DNA from: an uncultured virus (IMG/VR IMGVR_UViG_3300012000_000011)
Lineage: Duplodnaviria > Heunggongvirae > Uroviricota > Caudoviricetes
IMG/VR virus record: IMGVR_UViG_3300012000_000011
Length of the DNA stretch: 64,000 nt
Strand: one strand, 5' to 3'
Part shown: in pieces, positions 38,573 through 49,308 of the stretch
Numbering within the stretch: the stretch's first letter is position 1
How the letters are laid out: each line of letters opens with the position of its first letter
Notes under the pieces: generated by a model
What the model was told of the DNA's origin: nothing
The model's database searches: none
The model's input: only the letters and a program-made list of their open reading frames with translations
Position numbers and translations under genes: made by a program

Positions 38573-39459
38573 TGAGAAAAATATATTTCGCTGCGACTCC
38601 TTGGGCATCAAGCGAGCAGATTCTAGAAGATTATAGACATCAGACTCCTAAGAGCGAAGGGGTTTGGGAAGATGTTGTTGCTGTAAAAGATCCGAAACAA
38701 GCCGAATTCATCGTTATACAAGACGAAGTTGCTGGACCGAGTTTGCTTAACATGTTTAAACCAGAAAAACGACTTTACTTTAACAGAGAAGCGTTATCTT
38801 TGCATTTAAAAAACCAATATCCAGTTGGTGAGTTCAAGCGATTTTCTTTTTGGGATGGTACTGGGTATCTTCCAATTCGATGGTGGTATGGTACTAATGT
38901 GCAAGCTTCTGCTCAAGGTTATAGCGGAATCGCAAAAACATACGATGAACTTATGGCTGAAAAGCCATATCCCAAAACAAAGCATATAACAAGCATTGTT
39001 TCTAACAAGGTGATGAACGAAGGTCATCAATTAAGAAAACTGTTTTCAAAACGTTTTCTAAAAGAATATCCAAGATTGGATTTGTACGGCTCAATAGAGT
39101 TTCATAACAAATCGATTCCAAACAACGATAAAGTTCAAGCTTTACAAGATTATAAATATTGCCTTGGTTATGACAACCAAGATTTCATCAAAGACTTTTT
39201 TGGTACACAATTAAGCGATTCTTTGCTTTGTTGGTGCGTTCCAATATTTTGGTGCGGAACAAACCTTTCAAGATATCTCCCAGAAGGTTCGTTTATTCAG
39301 TTTGATGCAAGGAAGCCAGCAACTGAAATACCAAGGTTGATTGAATTAATCGAAAACGATGACTATGAAAAAAGATTGCCAGCAATAACAGAAGCTAGAA
39401 ATCTTATCTTAAACAAATACAACTTTTGGCCTACCATCAAACATGTAATAGAGCTATAA
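38572..39459 (+). CDS. GT10 (fucosyltransferase-like) glycosyltransferase
   Basis: S.K...GH.LR, K...L.DYKY.L..DN, ...D.LL...PIFW.G; GT10 E..Y.TEK motif is degenerate. Confidence 0.65.
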   Translation: MRKIYFAATPWASSEQILEDYRHQTPKSEGVWEDVVAVKDPKQAEFIVIQDEVAGPSLLNMFKPEKRLYFNREALSLHLKNQYPVGEFKRFSFWDGTGYLPIRWWYGTNVQASAQGYSGIAKTYDELMAEKPYPKTKHITSIVSNKVMNEGHQLRKLFSKRFLKEYPRLDLYGSIEFHNKSIPNNDKVQALQDYKYCLGYDNQDFIKDFFGTQLSDSLLCWCVPIFWCGTNLSRYLPEGSFIQFDARKPATEIPRLIELIENDDYEKRLPAITEARNLILNKYNFWPTIKHVIEL

Positions 39460-39461
39460 TC

Positions 39462-40565
39462 ATGGAAAAAATCCCACAGTTTCAACCATATTTCGATGAC
39501 AGAGAATACGCAGCAATCAAACAATGCTTTGATTCAAACTGGATTACAGAGGGTCCAAAATCCAAAGAGTTCGTTGAAAAGTTATGCAAGCTTATGAATG
39601 TCAGATATGGAGTGCTGGCTCCCAATGGCACTCTATCGCTTTATATGGCATTAAGAGCCTTGGGCATTGGTCGTGGTGACGAAGTATTAGTACCGAACTT
39701 TACGTTTATTGCCAGTGCCAATGCAGTGGAAATGTGCGGTGCGACACCTGTCTTCGTTGATATTGACGATGATTTGCATATCAATATCAGTATGGCAGAA
39801 AAACTAGTTGGTAAAAAAACAAAAGCAGTTATGCCTGTTCATGTATATGGTATGGCTTGCAATATGGAAGCAATCATGTCTTTTGCAGAAAAACATGGAT
39901 TAAAGGTGGTTGAAGATGCTGCTCAAGGAGTTGGAATCACATGGAATAACAAACATGTTGGTACCTACGGTGACATTGGCAGTTTTTCTTTTTTTGCTGA
40001 CAAAACTATTACAACAGGCGAAGGTGGTTTGTTAGTTACAAACAATGAAGAAACATATAAAAAGCTTCTTTATGTTCGCAACCAAGGTAGAATCGACCGT
40101 GGAAGCTTCATTCATCCAGAAATCGGTTATAACTTTCGTATGACAGATATTCAATCTGCAATCGGTTTGGTGCAACTAGAAAAACTACCAGATATCATAA
40201 GTAAAAAAGCTACGATATTAAAAACATATCAACAAAACCTAGACAGCAGATATGAAATCATCGTTCCAAAAAGCGATAAATCAAACCATATACCATTTCG
40301 AGTTTGTACAACAGTTGCAGATGGTTCCGAACAGTTAATGCAACATCTTAAAGAAAACAACATCGAAACCAGAACGTTTTTTTATCCTCTACATATGCAG
40401 CCATGTTTTTCTAACTTGAAAAAGAAAAAGAAAACATCGTATGAGATATCGATTAAAAAATACAAAGAAGGTGTTTGTCTACCATCATTTGTTGGGATAA
40501 CAAACGAACAAATCTTATACGTTTGTGAGAAAATGAATGAGTACGTACAACGACAAACTGGCTAA
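39462..40565 (+). CDS. DegT/DnrJ PLP aminotransferase (perosamine synthase-like)
   Basis: NGT..L, TFIASAN, PVHVYG, EDAAQ, SFFADKTITTGEGG, GYNFRMTD. Confidence 0.92.
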   Translation: MEKIPQFQPYFDDREYAAIKQCFDSNWITEGPKSKEFVEKLCKLMNVRYGVLAPNGTLSLYMALRALGIGRGDEVLVPNFTFIASANAVEMCGATPVFVDIDDDLHINISMAEKLVGKKTKAVMPVHVYGMACNMEAIMSFAEKHGLKVVEDAAQGVGITWNNKHVGTYGDIGSFSFFADKTITTGEGGLLVTNNEETYKKLLYVRNQGRIDRGSFIHPEIGYNFRMTDIQSAIGLVQLEKLPDIISKKATILKTYQQNLDSRYEIIVPKSDKSNHIPFRVCTTVADGSEQLMQHLKENNIETRTFFYPLHMQPCFSNLKKKKKTSYEISIKKYKEGVCLPSFVGITNEQILYVCEKMNEYVQRQTG

Positions 40566-41295
40566 CTGCTACGACGACCTTTATCTAGATAAAGACTATT
40601 CAAAAGAAGCCGAGTACATAACGAGAACCGCTGATAGTCATAACGTTCTACTTGACATTGGTTGCGGTACAATGTCTCACACGATCTTGTTAGCTCCAAA
40701 GTTCAAGCAAGTTATTGCTGTTGACTTATCTAAACCAATGATTGATATTGGTTTGTTGAAGCTTAAAAACCTTGGCATAAAAAATGTGTCAGGTTTTTGT
40801 TGTGATGTTGCTGATTTAAAGATCTCCGAGCAAGTTGATTGTGCAATATCAATGTTTAATGTTGTCAACCACATTGAAAGCATAAAAGACTTGCAAACGT
40901 TTTTTGATGCTATTAATAACCGTTTAAAGCCAAATGGAGTGTTTGTGTTTGACTGTTGGAACGGTGTTGCTTGTACTATCGAGCAGCCAACAGAACATTC
41001 ATTTAAGACAAAAACCGCAAGCAGTAAAACGTTTGAAATATCAACATCAACGAAAACTAACTTATTCGATTCTATTTCGATTATGGAAAATAATGTTGTT
41101 GTAAAAGAAAACAACACGATTGTTGATGTTTTTTCATATGAGTTGCGACATATACTTTGGTCGAACCATACGTTAAAAGATTTGTTAAAAAATGCTGGTT
41201 TCGTTTTAGAAACGATTACACCGAATGTTACGGTGAAGACGCCAGCGACTATCAAGGATTATCGTTTGGTTTACACATGTAGGAAAAAAGTATGA
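40537..41295 (+). CDS. Class I SAM methyltransferase
   Basis: YD..Y..KDY..E, LLDIGCGT, VDLS..M, LKPNGVFVFD. Confidence 0.88.
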   Translation: MSTYNDKLANCYDDLYLDKDYSKEAEYITRTADSHNVLLDIGCGTMSHTILLAPKFKQVIAVDLSKPMIDIGLLKLKNLGIKNVSGFCCDVADLKISEQVDCAISMFNVVNHIESIKDLQTFFDAINNRLKPNGVFVFDCWNGVACTIEQPTEHSFKTKTASSKTFEISTSTKTNLFDSISIMENNVVVKENNTIVDVFSYELRHILWSNHTLKDLLKNAGFVLETITPNVTVKTPATIKDYRLVYTCRKKV

Positions 41296-41714
41296 AAAAA
41301 GTTTATTCAAAAATAGAAAAAAATAAACTGCTGTTTGTGATGTATGATTTGAATAACGTTACGGACAGAGTTGATTTGGTTGATGAAAATGAGTTCTTGC
41401 AATGCGCTGTGATAAAAAAACCAAAGAACACCAAGTTTCGTCCACATAAGCACATATCAAAACCTATCAAGGTTTCTGAACAAATAGCGCAAGAATCTTG
41501 GTTTGTTTTCAAAGGTAAGATCAGAGTTTTTCATTATGATATTGATGATTCATTTATGGGAACGCATGATCTTTCAGAAGGCGAGATACACATAACTTTA
41601 GAAGGTGGTCATAGTCTTGAATGCTTAGAAGATAATACGATCATCTGCGAGCATAAAAATGGGCCGTACTACGGTCAAAAATTGGATAAAACATTCATTG
41701 AGGAAAACATATGA
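41292..41714 (+). CDS. WbuC-like cupin
   Basis: PHKH, QE...V.KG, GGH, E.K.GPY.G. Confidence 0.7.
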   Translation: MKKVYSKIEKNKLLFVMYDLNNVTDRVDLVDENEFLQCAVIKKPKNTKFRPHKHISKPIKVSEQIAQESWFVFKGKIRVFHYDIDDSFMGTHDLSEGEIHITLEGGHSLECLEDNTIICEHKNGPYYGQKLDKTFIEENI

Positions 41715-42682
41715 GTAAAAAAGCATTTATCACTGGAATCAATGGTCAAGACGGAAGCTATCTAGCTGAATATCTTTTGTCTTTGGGTTATGAAGTTCAT
41801 GGTATGGTTCGTAGAAATTCTATGGCCGAGAATCAAGATATTCGAATCGGTCATATTACTAAAAACATAGTAACCCACTATGGCGACTTACTGGATGAAA
41901 GTTCTATTGACCGACTTTTGTTCGATCTTAAGCCAGATGAAATCTATAACATTGGAGCGCAAAGCCACGTTAAAATCAGCTTTGAAATCCCACAATTTAC
42001 CGTGAAAACTAATGCTCTTGGTGTTATGAATATGCTAGAGGCTTATCGTAGATTTTGTCCTAACGCAAAGTTTTATCAAGCTAGTTCATCAGAAATGTTT
42101 GGAAACAGCCAAGACTCAGATGGATTCCAAAGAGAAACAACACCAATGCATCCAGTAAGTCCATATGGTTGCTCTAAGTTGTTTGGATATTCTATTGTTA
42201 GAAACTATCGCAAAGCTTATGGTTTGCACGCTGTTAACGGAATATTGTTTAACCACGAATCTCCACGTAGAGGCTCTAACTTTGTTACCAACAAGGTGGT
42301 TAAAACAGCCGTACAAATCTACCGTGGAGTGACTGATAAACTTGAACTTGGCAATCTAGACTCATATCGTGATTGGGGTCACTCAAAAGATTATGTAAAA
42401 GCCATGCACAAAATCATCAACCATGAAACACCAGATGATTTTGTTGTTTCAACCGGTGAAACGCATTCAGTTAGAGAAATGGTTGATTATGTTTTTCGTA
42501 GGCTTGATATGAATTATCAAGATTACGTTGTGCAAAATCCTGCGTTCATGCGTCCAGAAGAGCTTAAGTACCTTAAGGGAGACTCAACAAAAGCAAGAAC
42601 CGTGTTGGGTTGGAAACCAGAATATACGTTTGAAACATTGCTCGATGAAATGATTGAGTATTGGAAAGAAAAGATTAGATAA
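41711..42682 (+). CDS. gmd: GDP-mannose 4,6-dehydratase
   Basis: ITGINGQDGSYL, AQSHV, YQASSSE, SPYGCSK, LFNHESPRRG..FVT.K, RDWGH. Confidence 0.95.
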   Translation: MSKKAFITGINGQDGSYLAEYLLSLGYEVHGMVRRNSMAENQDIRIGHITKNIVTHYGDLLDESSIDRLLFDLKPDEIYNIGAQSHVKISFEIPQFTVKTNALGVMNMLEAYRRFCPNAKFYQASSSEMFGNSQDSDGFQRETTPMHPVSPYGCSKLFGYSIVRNYRKAYGLHAVNGILFNHESPRRGSNFVTNKVVKTAVQIYRGVTDKLELGNLDSYRDWGHSKDYVKAMHKIINHETPDDFVVSTGETHSVREMVDYVFRRLDMNYQDYVVQNPAFMRPEELKYLKGDSTKARTVLGWKPEYTFETLLDEMIEYWKEKIR

Positions 42683-42740
42683 GTAAAAACATAACCTTGT
42701 GTTTGTGCTACGATATCTGGTTACTAAGGAGAACCTTTAA

Positions 42741-44033
42741 ATGAGTTCAAATGACGTAGCCGTTGTTGTTCCACAACGCAAACACAAGATTTTGATGTTG
42801 AGTGACCATCCACTATGCACAAGTGGTGTTGGTGTTCAAGCAAGATTCCTTATTCAAGGCTTGTTGAATACAGGCAAGTATAGCTTTCGTTGTCTCGGTG
42901 GAGCAATCAAGCATCCAAACTATGACACAGTTATGCTTAATCCAGACTTTGTTATCAAACCTGTTGATGGTTTCGGAAACCCCGAAATCATTCGCAACAT
43001 CTTGATTAACGAACGACCTGACGCTGTGCTTCTTTTCACAGACCCAAGACAGTTTTTTTGGCTTTGGGATATCGAAGACGAAATTCATCAAATCTGTCCA
43101 ATAACCTATTGGCATGTATGGGACAATGACCCATATCCAGATTACAACGATGTATGGTACAAGTCTACAGACCTCATCAATTGCCTTTCATATAAAACAT
43201 ATGAAATGGTGAATTCAAAGTTCCCAGAACGTACAAACTACATTCCTCACGCTTTTCCAAAAGAAGTATATTTCCCTCTTCCAGAACAAGCAAGAATAGA
43301 ACTTCGCAAGAAGAACTTTGGAGAACGAGCTGATTGGTTTGTTGGCACATGGGTTAACCGTAATGCAACCCGTAAAATGCCAAACGATGTTCTTAATGCT
43401 TGGCGGGTGTTTCTCGACCGTCTACAAGCTGAAGAAGGGCATCGCAAGGCTGTGCTAATCATGCACACAGACCCAAACGATGTTGAGGGTCCAAACCTTA
43501 TCGCTGTCACAGAAAAGCTTGGTATTAATGAACACGTTATGTTTTCAACTCAAAAAGTTGATTTCAATGATATGAACGCTCTTTATAACATCACAGACTT
43601 TACTGTTAACGTTGCAAAGGCCGAAGGATTTGGTTTAGCCACTCTGTCAGCCATGATGGCTGGTAAGCCTATTATCGCTCTTAAAACAGGTGGATTAACT
43701 CGTCAAGTTGTAGATCACCGTGATGGGTCGGAGAATGGAGTGGCTATTGAACCAGCAGCACGAACCTTGGTTGGGTCACAAGCTGTTCCTTACATTTACG
43801 ACGATCACGTTAACTATCTTGACGTTGCCGAAGCTTATTGGAAGGTTTATAAGATGACACCAGAGGAACGAAAAGCTTTGTCTGAAAAGAACATTGATTA
43901 TTGCAACTTTGAGTTTTCATATGAAAATATGATTAAACAATGGGACGAAACGTTGGATAAATGCATTACCGGTTTTAAAACGAACAAACCAAAAAGCTGG
44001 ACTTGTGAACAACTTCGTCCGTTTGGTAAATGA
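42741..44033 (+). CDS. GT4-like glycosyltransferase
   Basis: SG.G, NRN..RK, EGFGL...AM..GKP. Confidence 0.85.
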   Translation: MSSNDVAVVVPQRKHKILMLSDHPLCTSGVGVQARFLIQGLLNTGKYSFRCLGGAIKHPNYDTVMLNPDFVIKPVDGFGNPEIIRNILINERPDAVLLFTDPRQFFWLWDIEDEIHQICPITYWHVWDNDPYPDYNDVWYKSTDLINCLSYKTYEMVNSKFPERTNYIPHAFPKEVYFPLPEQARIELRKKNFGERADWFVGTWVNRNATRKMPNDVLNAWRVFLDRLQAEEGHRKAVLIMHTDPNDVEGPNLIAVTEKLGINEHVMFSTQKVDFNDMNALYNITDFTVNVAKAEGFGLATLSAMMAGKPIIALKTGGLTRQVVDHRDGSENGVAIEPAARTLVGSQAVPYIYDDHVNYLDVAEAYWKVYKMTPEERKALSEKNIDYCNFEFSYENMIKQWDETLDKCITGFKTNKPKSWTCEQLRPFGK

Positions 44034-44050
44034 TAGGAAGACTATAAACA

Positions 44051-45235
44051 ATGAAATCTGTACTACTTCGTGCTCCACTACTTACTCATTCTGGCTACGG
44101 TGTTCATGCTCGGCAAATCGCTCGCTGGCTTTTTCGTGTGGCAACAGAAACACACCAACTAGACATTACAACTGAACCTCTTGGTTGGGGTAAAACTCAT
44201 ATGATTGTTGATACTGAAGCAGAAGATGGTCTTATTGGACAAATTCTTCAAGCAGCAGGAAACAAAAAGAACTTCTATGATGTAACCATTCAACTTCAAC
44301 TTCCAAATGAATGGAATCCTTTTCTTGGAACGTTTAACGTTGGGGTAACAGCAGGTGTAGAAACCGATAAGTGCAATCCAGCTTGGATTGAATGCATTAA
44401 TCGTATGGATATGATTATTGTTCCAAGCGAGTTCACAAAGCAAACTTTCCTAAACACAGGAGAAGTAACAGTTCCAATTATCGTTGTGCCAGAAAGCTTT
44501 CCAGATGGTTTGCTATCCGAAGCTATTAGTGTAGACCTTGGCTTATCAACCAAGTTTAACTTTCTTGTTGTTGGTCAACTCACTGGTAACAACACAGAAA
44601 ATGATCGTAAAAACCTTCCTTATACAATGAAGTGGCTGGCTGACGCATTCGTAGATTGTCCTGACGTTGGTATCGTTGTTAAAACAAACTCTGGCGCACA
44701 AACACAACTCGACAAGCAAAACATTAGGAATATCTTTTCTAAGTTGGTTGGAGAAATTGTTGGACCAAAGAACAAAGGGCCAAAGTTTTATCTACTTCAT
44801 GGTCATATGACAGATGAAGAAATGCATGGACTTTATACACATCCAGACATCAAGGCTCTTGTAACTTTTACCCACGGCGAAGGATATGGTTTACCTATTG
44901 TAGAAGCTGCTGCTTGTGATCTACCCATTATTGCAACAAATTGGAGCGGTCATTTAGAGTTCCTTAAGCATGGAAGATTTATTCCTGTAGACTATAATTT
45001 GATGACAATTCCTGCATCTAGAGTTGACAATCAAATTTTTATGAAGGATGTAAAGTGGGCTAATCCTGTTGAACTTGATGCCAAACAACGATTAAAGAAG
45101 TTTTATTCTGGCTCACAGATTCCAAAGCAATGGGCAACCGAGCTTGGAACAAAAATCCGAGAACATTATTGTTTTGATGCTGTAGCTCGTATTTATTCAG
45201 AAGTGTTGAATGAGCATTTGAAAGAAGAACAATGA
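44051..45235 (+). CDS. GT4-like glycosyltransferase
   Basis: SGYG, RKN, GEGYGLP..EA, WSGHLEF. Confidence 0.85.
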   Translation: MKSVLLRAPLLTHSGYGVHARQIARWLFRVATETHQLDITTEPLGWGKTHMIVDTEAEDGLIGQILQAAGNKKNFYDVTIQLQLPNEWNPFLGTFNVGVTAGVETDKCNPAWIECINRMDMIIVPSEFTKQTFLNTGEVTVPIIVVPESFPDGLLSEAISVDLGLSTKFNFLVVGQLTGNNTENDRKNLPYTMKWLADAFVDCPDVGIVVKTNSGAQTQLDKQNIRNIFSKLVGEIVGPKNKGPKFYLLHGHMTDEEMHGLYTHPDIKALVTFTHGEGYGLPIVEAAACDLPIIATNWSGHLEFLKHGRFIPVDYNLMTIPASRVDNQIFMKDVKWANPVELDAKQRLKKFYSGSQIPKQWATELGTKIREHYCFDAVARIYSEVLNEHLKEEQ

Positions 45236-45555
45236 TAGGTTATTTTTTAGCGTTCTTACTTGCAATCGCTTTAGGTTTTGTAATTTACCACGCCTTTAGA
45301 TGGGCTAAAATCATTTTCATTTTAGAAGATGATCTTGCCGATGCGATTGAGATTCATGAAAGAACATTAGAAACATTGGAAGCTATCGTTAAAACTCCTA
45401 TGTTTTTTGACAATCCACAAACAAAAGCAGCGGTTGATGAAGCAATGGAAAATGTAAAAATGTGTCAAACCGCAACGCACAAGCTTATTCAAAACTTTAC
45501 ACAACGAAGCAAGCAACGCTATATTCGGCTTGTAGATGAAGACGAGGGCGAATGA
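45232..45555 (+). CDS. Membrane-anchored hypothetical protein
   Basis: N-terminal hydrophobic helix then coiled segment. Confidence 0.65.
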   Translation: MIGYFLAFLLAIALGFVIYHAFRWAKIIFILEDDLADAIEIHERTLETLEAIVKTPMFFDNPQTKAAVDEAMENVKMCQTATHKLIQNFTQRSKQRYIRLVDEDEGE

Positions 45556-46289
45556 TTCCAACAGGTAAAAAGCTAATCAAACGCAAGCCAAAAGGCGGGG
45601 CAGCTCCACAAGAGTTTTATTTCAATGCTAACACTCAACAAGCTATTGTTGATTACAAAGCTGAAACAATACCTTCCAAACGCAACGACATATACGTTCG
45701 TGAAATACTTCCAGCTTTTAACAAGCTTGTGGAAAACTTGATTAACGTTTATGGTTTTCAAATTCAATATGAAAGCAAAGCAGATTTGCAAAATGAATGC
45801 ATCGAGTTTTTGTATGGTGTAATTACAAAGTTTGATGCAAGTAAAGGCACCAAAGCATTCTCATACTTCAATGTTGTTGCAAAACATTGGTTAATCATTA
45901 AAAGCAAACAAAGTGTTCGTAATGTTCATGTGTTTACTTCTATTGATGATACTGAAGCCTTGTCTCAACATGACTTGGAAACAATAGAAAATCATAGTGT
46001 TTCACCGTCTCCAGAAGAAAGTTTGGTAGAAGAATGCGATCACCAAAAAATCAAAACAATATTGGAGTTTATTTCTTCAAAAGCCATAACTGATAACGAA
46101 CTTGAATGTCTTAAGGGAATTAACTTGTTGTTTAGCAACGTTAACGAACTTGATTTTCTTAACAAACGTGCTGTAATGCTTTATTTAAGAGAAATAACCA
46201 ACCTTTCGCCCAAGCAACTTAGTGTTGTGCTTTCTCTTATGAAACGTCATTACAAAGCAGCCAAAGAAGAATATGAACGAATTGATTGA
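45552..46289 (+). CDS. Phage late sigma factor (T4 gp55-like)
   Basis: YF...TQQAIV.Y, KFDASKGTKAFSYFNVVAK resembles sigma region 2 of gp55-like proteins; no clear region 4. Confidence 0.7.
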   Translation: MIPTGKKLIKRKPKGGAAPQEFYFNANTQQAIVDYKAETIPSKRNDIYVREILPAFNKLVENLINVYGFQIQYESKADLQNECIEFLYGVITKFDASKGTKAFSYFNVVAKHWLIIKSKQSVRNVHVFTSIDDTEALSQHDLETIENHSVSPSPEESLVEECDHQKIKTILEFISSKAITDNELECLKGINLLFSNVNELDFLNKRAVMLYLREITNLSPKQLSVVLSLMKRHYKAAKEEYERID

Positions 46290-46698
46290 TGACATGACAA
46301 ACTTTGAAGACATAGAAAAAGACAACCCAGCAGGGCGAGAATTGATCAAAAAAACCGATCAAGATCTTGCCGTGTTTTCAGAGTTGTTGGATTCAATTAC
46401 AACAATAGACGAACGTTTAAAGCTTTTGTGGAAACAAATCTACGAAAACGCTTTGATCGATAGAAGAAACGCTTATATGATTTGGACCGACTTATACGTT
46501 CAAGTTCATGGTAATGCTGAACAACATGTTATTCATGGCGATCATATGGCAAAATATATGGAACGTATGGAAAAAGCCAACACTCAACTTTTGAAGTTAG
46601 CTGAGTTGGTTTATAAGGCCAAGGACAAACAAGAAGCCGAAGAAATCCCAGATAGTCGTTCTTTGTTCGACAGAATAAAACGTAGTAGCAAGGATTGA
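46273..46698 (+). CDS. Hypothetical helical protein
   Basis: 141 aa, coupled to sigma gene. Confidence 0.7.
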   Translation: MNELIDDMTNFEDIEKDNPAGRELIKKTDQDLAVFSELLDSITTIDERLKLLWKQIYENALIDRRNAYMIWTDLYVQVHGNAEQHVIHGDHMAKYMERMEKANTQLLKLAELVYKAKDKQEAEEIPDSRSLFDRIKRSSKD

Positions 46699-46701
46699 TC
46701 G

Positions 46702-48486
46702 ATGCCTAATGAAAACATTAACGTAGGAAGAGTTTTAGCTGGAGCTACTTCTCCTACATTAGACATGTCTAAATTGGTGTTAAACAGCCAAGTGGCTGGT
46801 TCACCACCGATATTTCAACGTGCAACCGTTGAAGAAGTTATCTATAATCCAAAAGAATTAACAGTTGAAGATCGTGATCGTATAAAACGTTTGGTTGTTA
46901 ATCCAGAAGAAGTAGAACAAGCTCCTGCTAACAGCGTTATTGCTACTGCAATCTCTGATGGTGTAAGCGACTCTACTCCAATCAAGATTCTTATTGCTCC
47001 TTTTTTTCAAAGCCATTTCATGCTTCCCATACAAGTTGGAGAGCAAATAACAATTGTTTTTGAAGACTTTCAAAAATACGGTTGGAAAGGTTCAAAATGG
47101 CTTACACGAACACCAGAAGGTTTGCCTGTAGAAGATCCAAACTTTACACACAACGATAGAAGATTCAATCAAGAATATTTTGAGTCTCGTCGTGTTAGCC
47201 AATCATTAAACAGAAGCAGCAGCTTATATGTTCCGTATTTTCCAAACGGAGGAAATGAAAGCAACACAACAACGTTGCCGCAAGATGGTGCAACAAATCC
47301 ATATGATACCATATATCAACTATCACGTTCTGGTAGCTTGCAACACGCTTATGAAGTAGTTCCTCGTTGGACAAAAAGACCACAAGAGTTTGTTATTCAA
47401 GGCATGAATAACTCATTAATCATGCTTGGCAGAGATCGTGTTGGGTATGTTACAAGCTCTGCTATAGAACAAAAAAACTATGCTGGTGCAATTGATATCG
47501 TTACTGGTAGAAGTCGTTATATATTAGATCCATCAGATCGTTCTATTCCTTCTGCTCAAGCTTCTCATAAAGGTACAAGCCCTTTTGTTGTTACAAACTC
47601 TCGTGGATTAAAAGAAGTAGATAAAACTCCTAGATTGAATGGTAGGGTAGAACAACTCAAAGAAGGTGATCCAGATTTTGTTCATGATGCTGCAAGAATA
47701 TATGTCAGCATGAAAACTCTTGGCGACACCAATTTCAAAACAGCAAAAACAACACAAGGAGCAGTTAACGACGCATTAAAACCAGAAGGCATCAACTATA
47801 GTCCCAATGGTTTATACCCAGTTCAGTTTTCTTCTTCTAGTGCTAATGTTGGTAGTTCTTACATCGTTAACAAAGCCGATCATATTCGATTGATCGCAAG
47901 ACGATCTGTACCAAACGAAGATAGTTTGGGTGATGTTATTTCTGGTTCTGTGTTGATTTTGAAAGAAGGTAAAAACAGAACACCAGAAGATTTAGATGCA
48001 CAAGCTGCTGGAACAGATCATTTAGCTTTTATGTATATGTCTCCAGAAGGCAGAATCCAAATCGATGGAATGCAAATCTTTCTTGGTGGAGCAGCATTAA
48101 GTGGATCGAATCCAACTCAACAACCTGTTCCTGATCGTCCCAGAAACAAACAAGGTGCCACAGGCGAACTAAATGTTGGGGACGCAAATGAATTTGCTGG
48201 GACCGAGCCTTATATCAAATGGAGCGAGTTTAAACGAGTTGTTGAAGGCTTACAAAGGCAAATAAGCGCATTGCAAACAGCTTATAGTCAGTTGGTTGAT
48301 AATTTCGGACGATGCGCCACTTCAACTAGTATATGCACTCACGGCGGACCAGATTTAGCGTGGGGAACATTGAAATCAGATTGCGAAGGCAATCGATCAG
48401 CATTAAACAACAAAGTAGAAGATGCTAGACAAAAAACAAACGAAGCTGTTTATAAGTCTCGAAGTTCTAAAATCTTTGGTCAATAG
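46702..48486 (+). CDS. Baseplate spike/gp5-like structural protein
   Basis: P..GEQI.I (OB-fold-like), IQG.NNSLI.LGRDR, G.IDIV.GR, KADHIRLIAR; precedes gp25/gp6-like genes. Confidence 0.55.
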   Translation: MPNENINVGRVLAGATSPTLDMSKLVLNSQVAGSPPIFQRATVEEVIYNPKELTVEDRDRIKRLVVNPEEVEQAPANSVIATAISDGVSDSTPIKILIAPFFQSHFMLPIQVGEQITIVFEDFQKYGWKGSKWLTRTPEGLPVEDPNFTHNDRRFNQEYFESRRVSQSLNRSSSLYVPYFPNGGNESNTTTLPQDGATNPYDTIYQLSRSGSLQHAYEVVPRWTKRPQEFVIQGMNNSLIMLGRDRVGYVTSSAIEQKNYAGAIDIVTGRSRYILDPSDRSIPSAQASHKGTSPFVVTNSRGLKEVDKTPRLNGRVEQLKEGDPDFVHDAARIYVSMKTLGDTNFKTAKTTQGAVNDALKPEGINYSPNGLYPVQFSSSSANVGSSYIVNKADHIRLIARRSVPNEDSLGDVISGSVLILKEGKNRTPEDLDAQAAGTDHLAFMYMSPEGRIQIDGMQIFLGGAALSGSNPTQQPVPDRPRNKQGATGELNVGDANEFAGTEPYIKWSEFKRVVEGLQRQISALQTAYSQLVDNFGRCATSTSICTHGGPDLAWGTLKSDCEGNRSALNNKVEDARQKTNEAVYKSRSSKIFGQ

Positions 48487-48504
48487 TTTAAACTAGTTAA
48501 CGTT

Positions 48505-49299
48505 ATGCCAAACCGAGACGACTTAGCAAGAACGCAAGAAACAACTGCTGCGGCTACACGAGCTCAAATAGAAAATCAAACAAACAAGTTAATAGCACAA
48601 GCTCAAATAACCATTATCGAGCAAGCTATCAACGCATTGCCTCCACCTGTGAATGCAGGAGCAAGAACTTTGGGCGAAGGCATATACGCAGCGTTTAAAA
48701 CACCTTTATCTGCTGTTAGTAATCCTAGCCCTAATCAAGACCCAATAAAACTTATGGCTTTTGCAATTGCGTTCGCAATATTAAAAGCTCTTTGGTGCTT
48801 TATAAAAAGCTTGCTTAATCCTATTCCGATTGTTGGTATATTTTTCCCTCTTTGCAACGATGATCCACAACTTACTGGAAACGATGTTGCAACAAACAAT
48901 GCTAGAAATGCAGCCAACATTGATGCATCTAACTTAGCTGCAAACAACGCTACCAATCAATTTCGAAGCGGAGTAAGTGAAAACGCTGCTAACGAAGCAA
49001 AAAAACAAGCAATACAACAAATACCGCAAATCTCAGGCACTGTTTCTGCTTTAAGTTCAGATATGAACAGTGGAAGCGAAGGAATGACGTTTGACGATTT
49101 CGTTGCGAAAACAGTTGTTCCTGCTTCGGTAACAACAGATGAAACCAATCCAACGAACGCATTAAGAGGAGAAACAAACCAAAACGAAACTTCGGCTAAT
49201 ATTCCGGTGCAACCAGTTTCTGAACCTAAATGGCAAGCAACAGACGAATTAACTGAACGTACTTCGTATGAAGCTTATCGTAGATTGTTTGGTTTATAG
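48505..49299 (+). CDS. Hypothetical structural-region protein with one hydrophobic segment
   Basis: LMAFAIAFAILKALWCFI; synteny. Confidence 0.65.
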   Translation: MPNRDDLARTQETTAAATRAQIENQTNKLIAQAQITIIEQAINALPPPVNAGARTLGEGIYAAFKTPLSAVSNPSPNQDPIKLMAFAIAFAILKALWCFIKSLLNPIPIVGIFFPLCNDDPQLTGNDVATNNARNAANIDASNLAANNATNQFRSGVSENAANEAKKQAIQQIPQISGTVSALSSDMNSGSEGMTFDDFVAKTVVPASVTTDETNPTNALRGETNQNETSANIPVQPVSEPKWQATDELTERTSYEAYRRLFGL

Positions 49300-49308
49300 T
49301 TATAGAAC

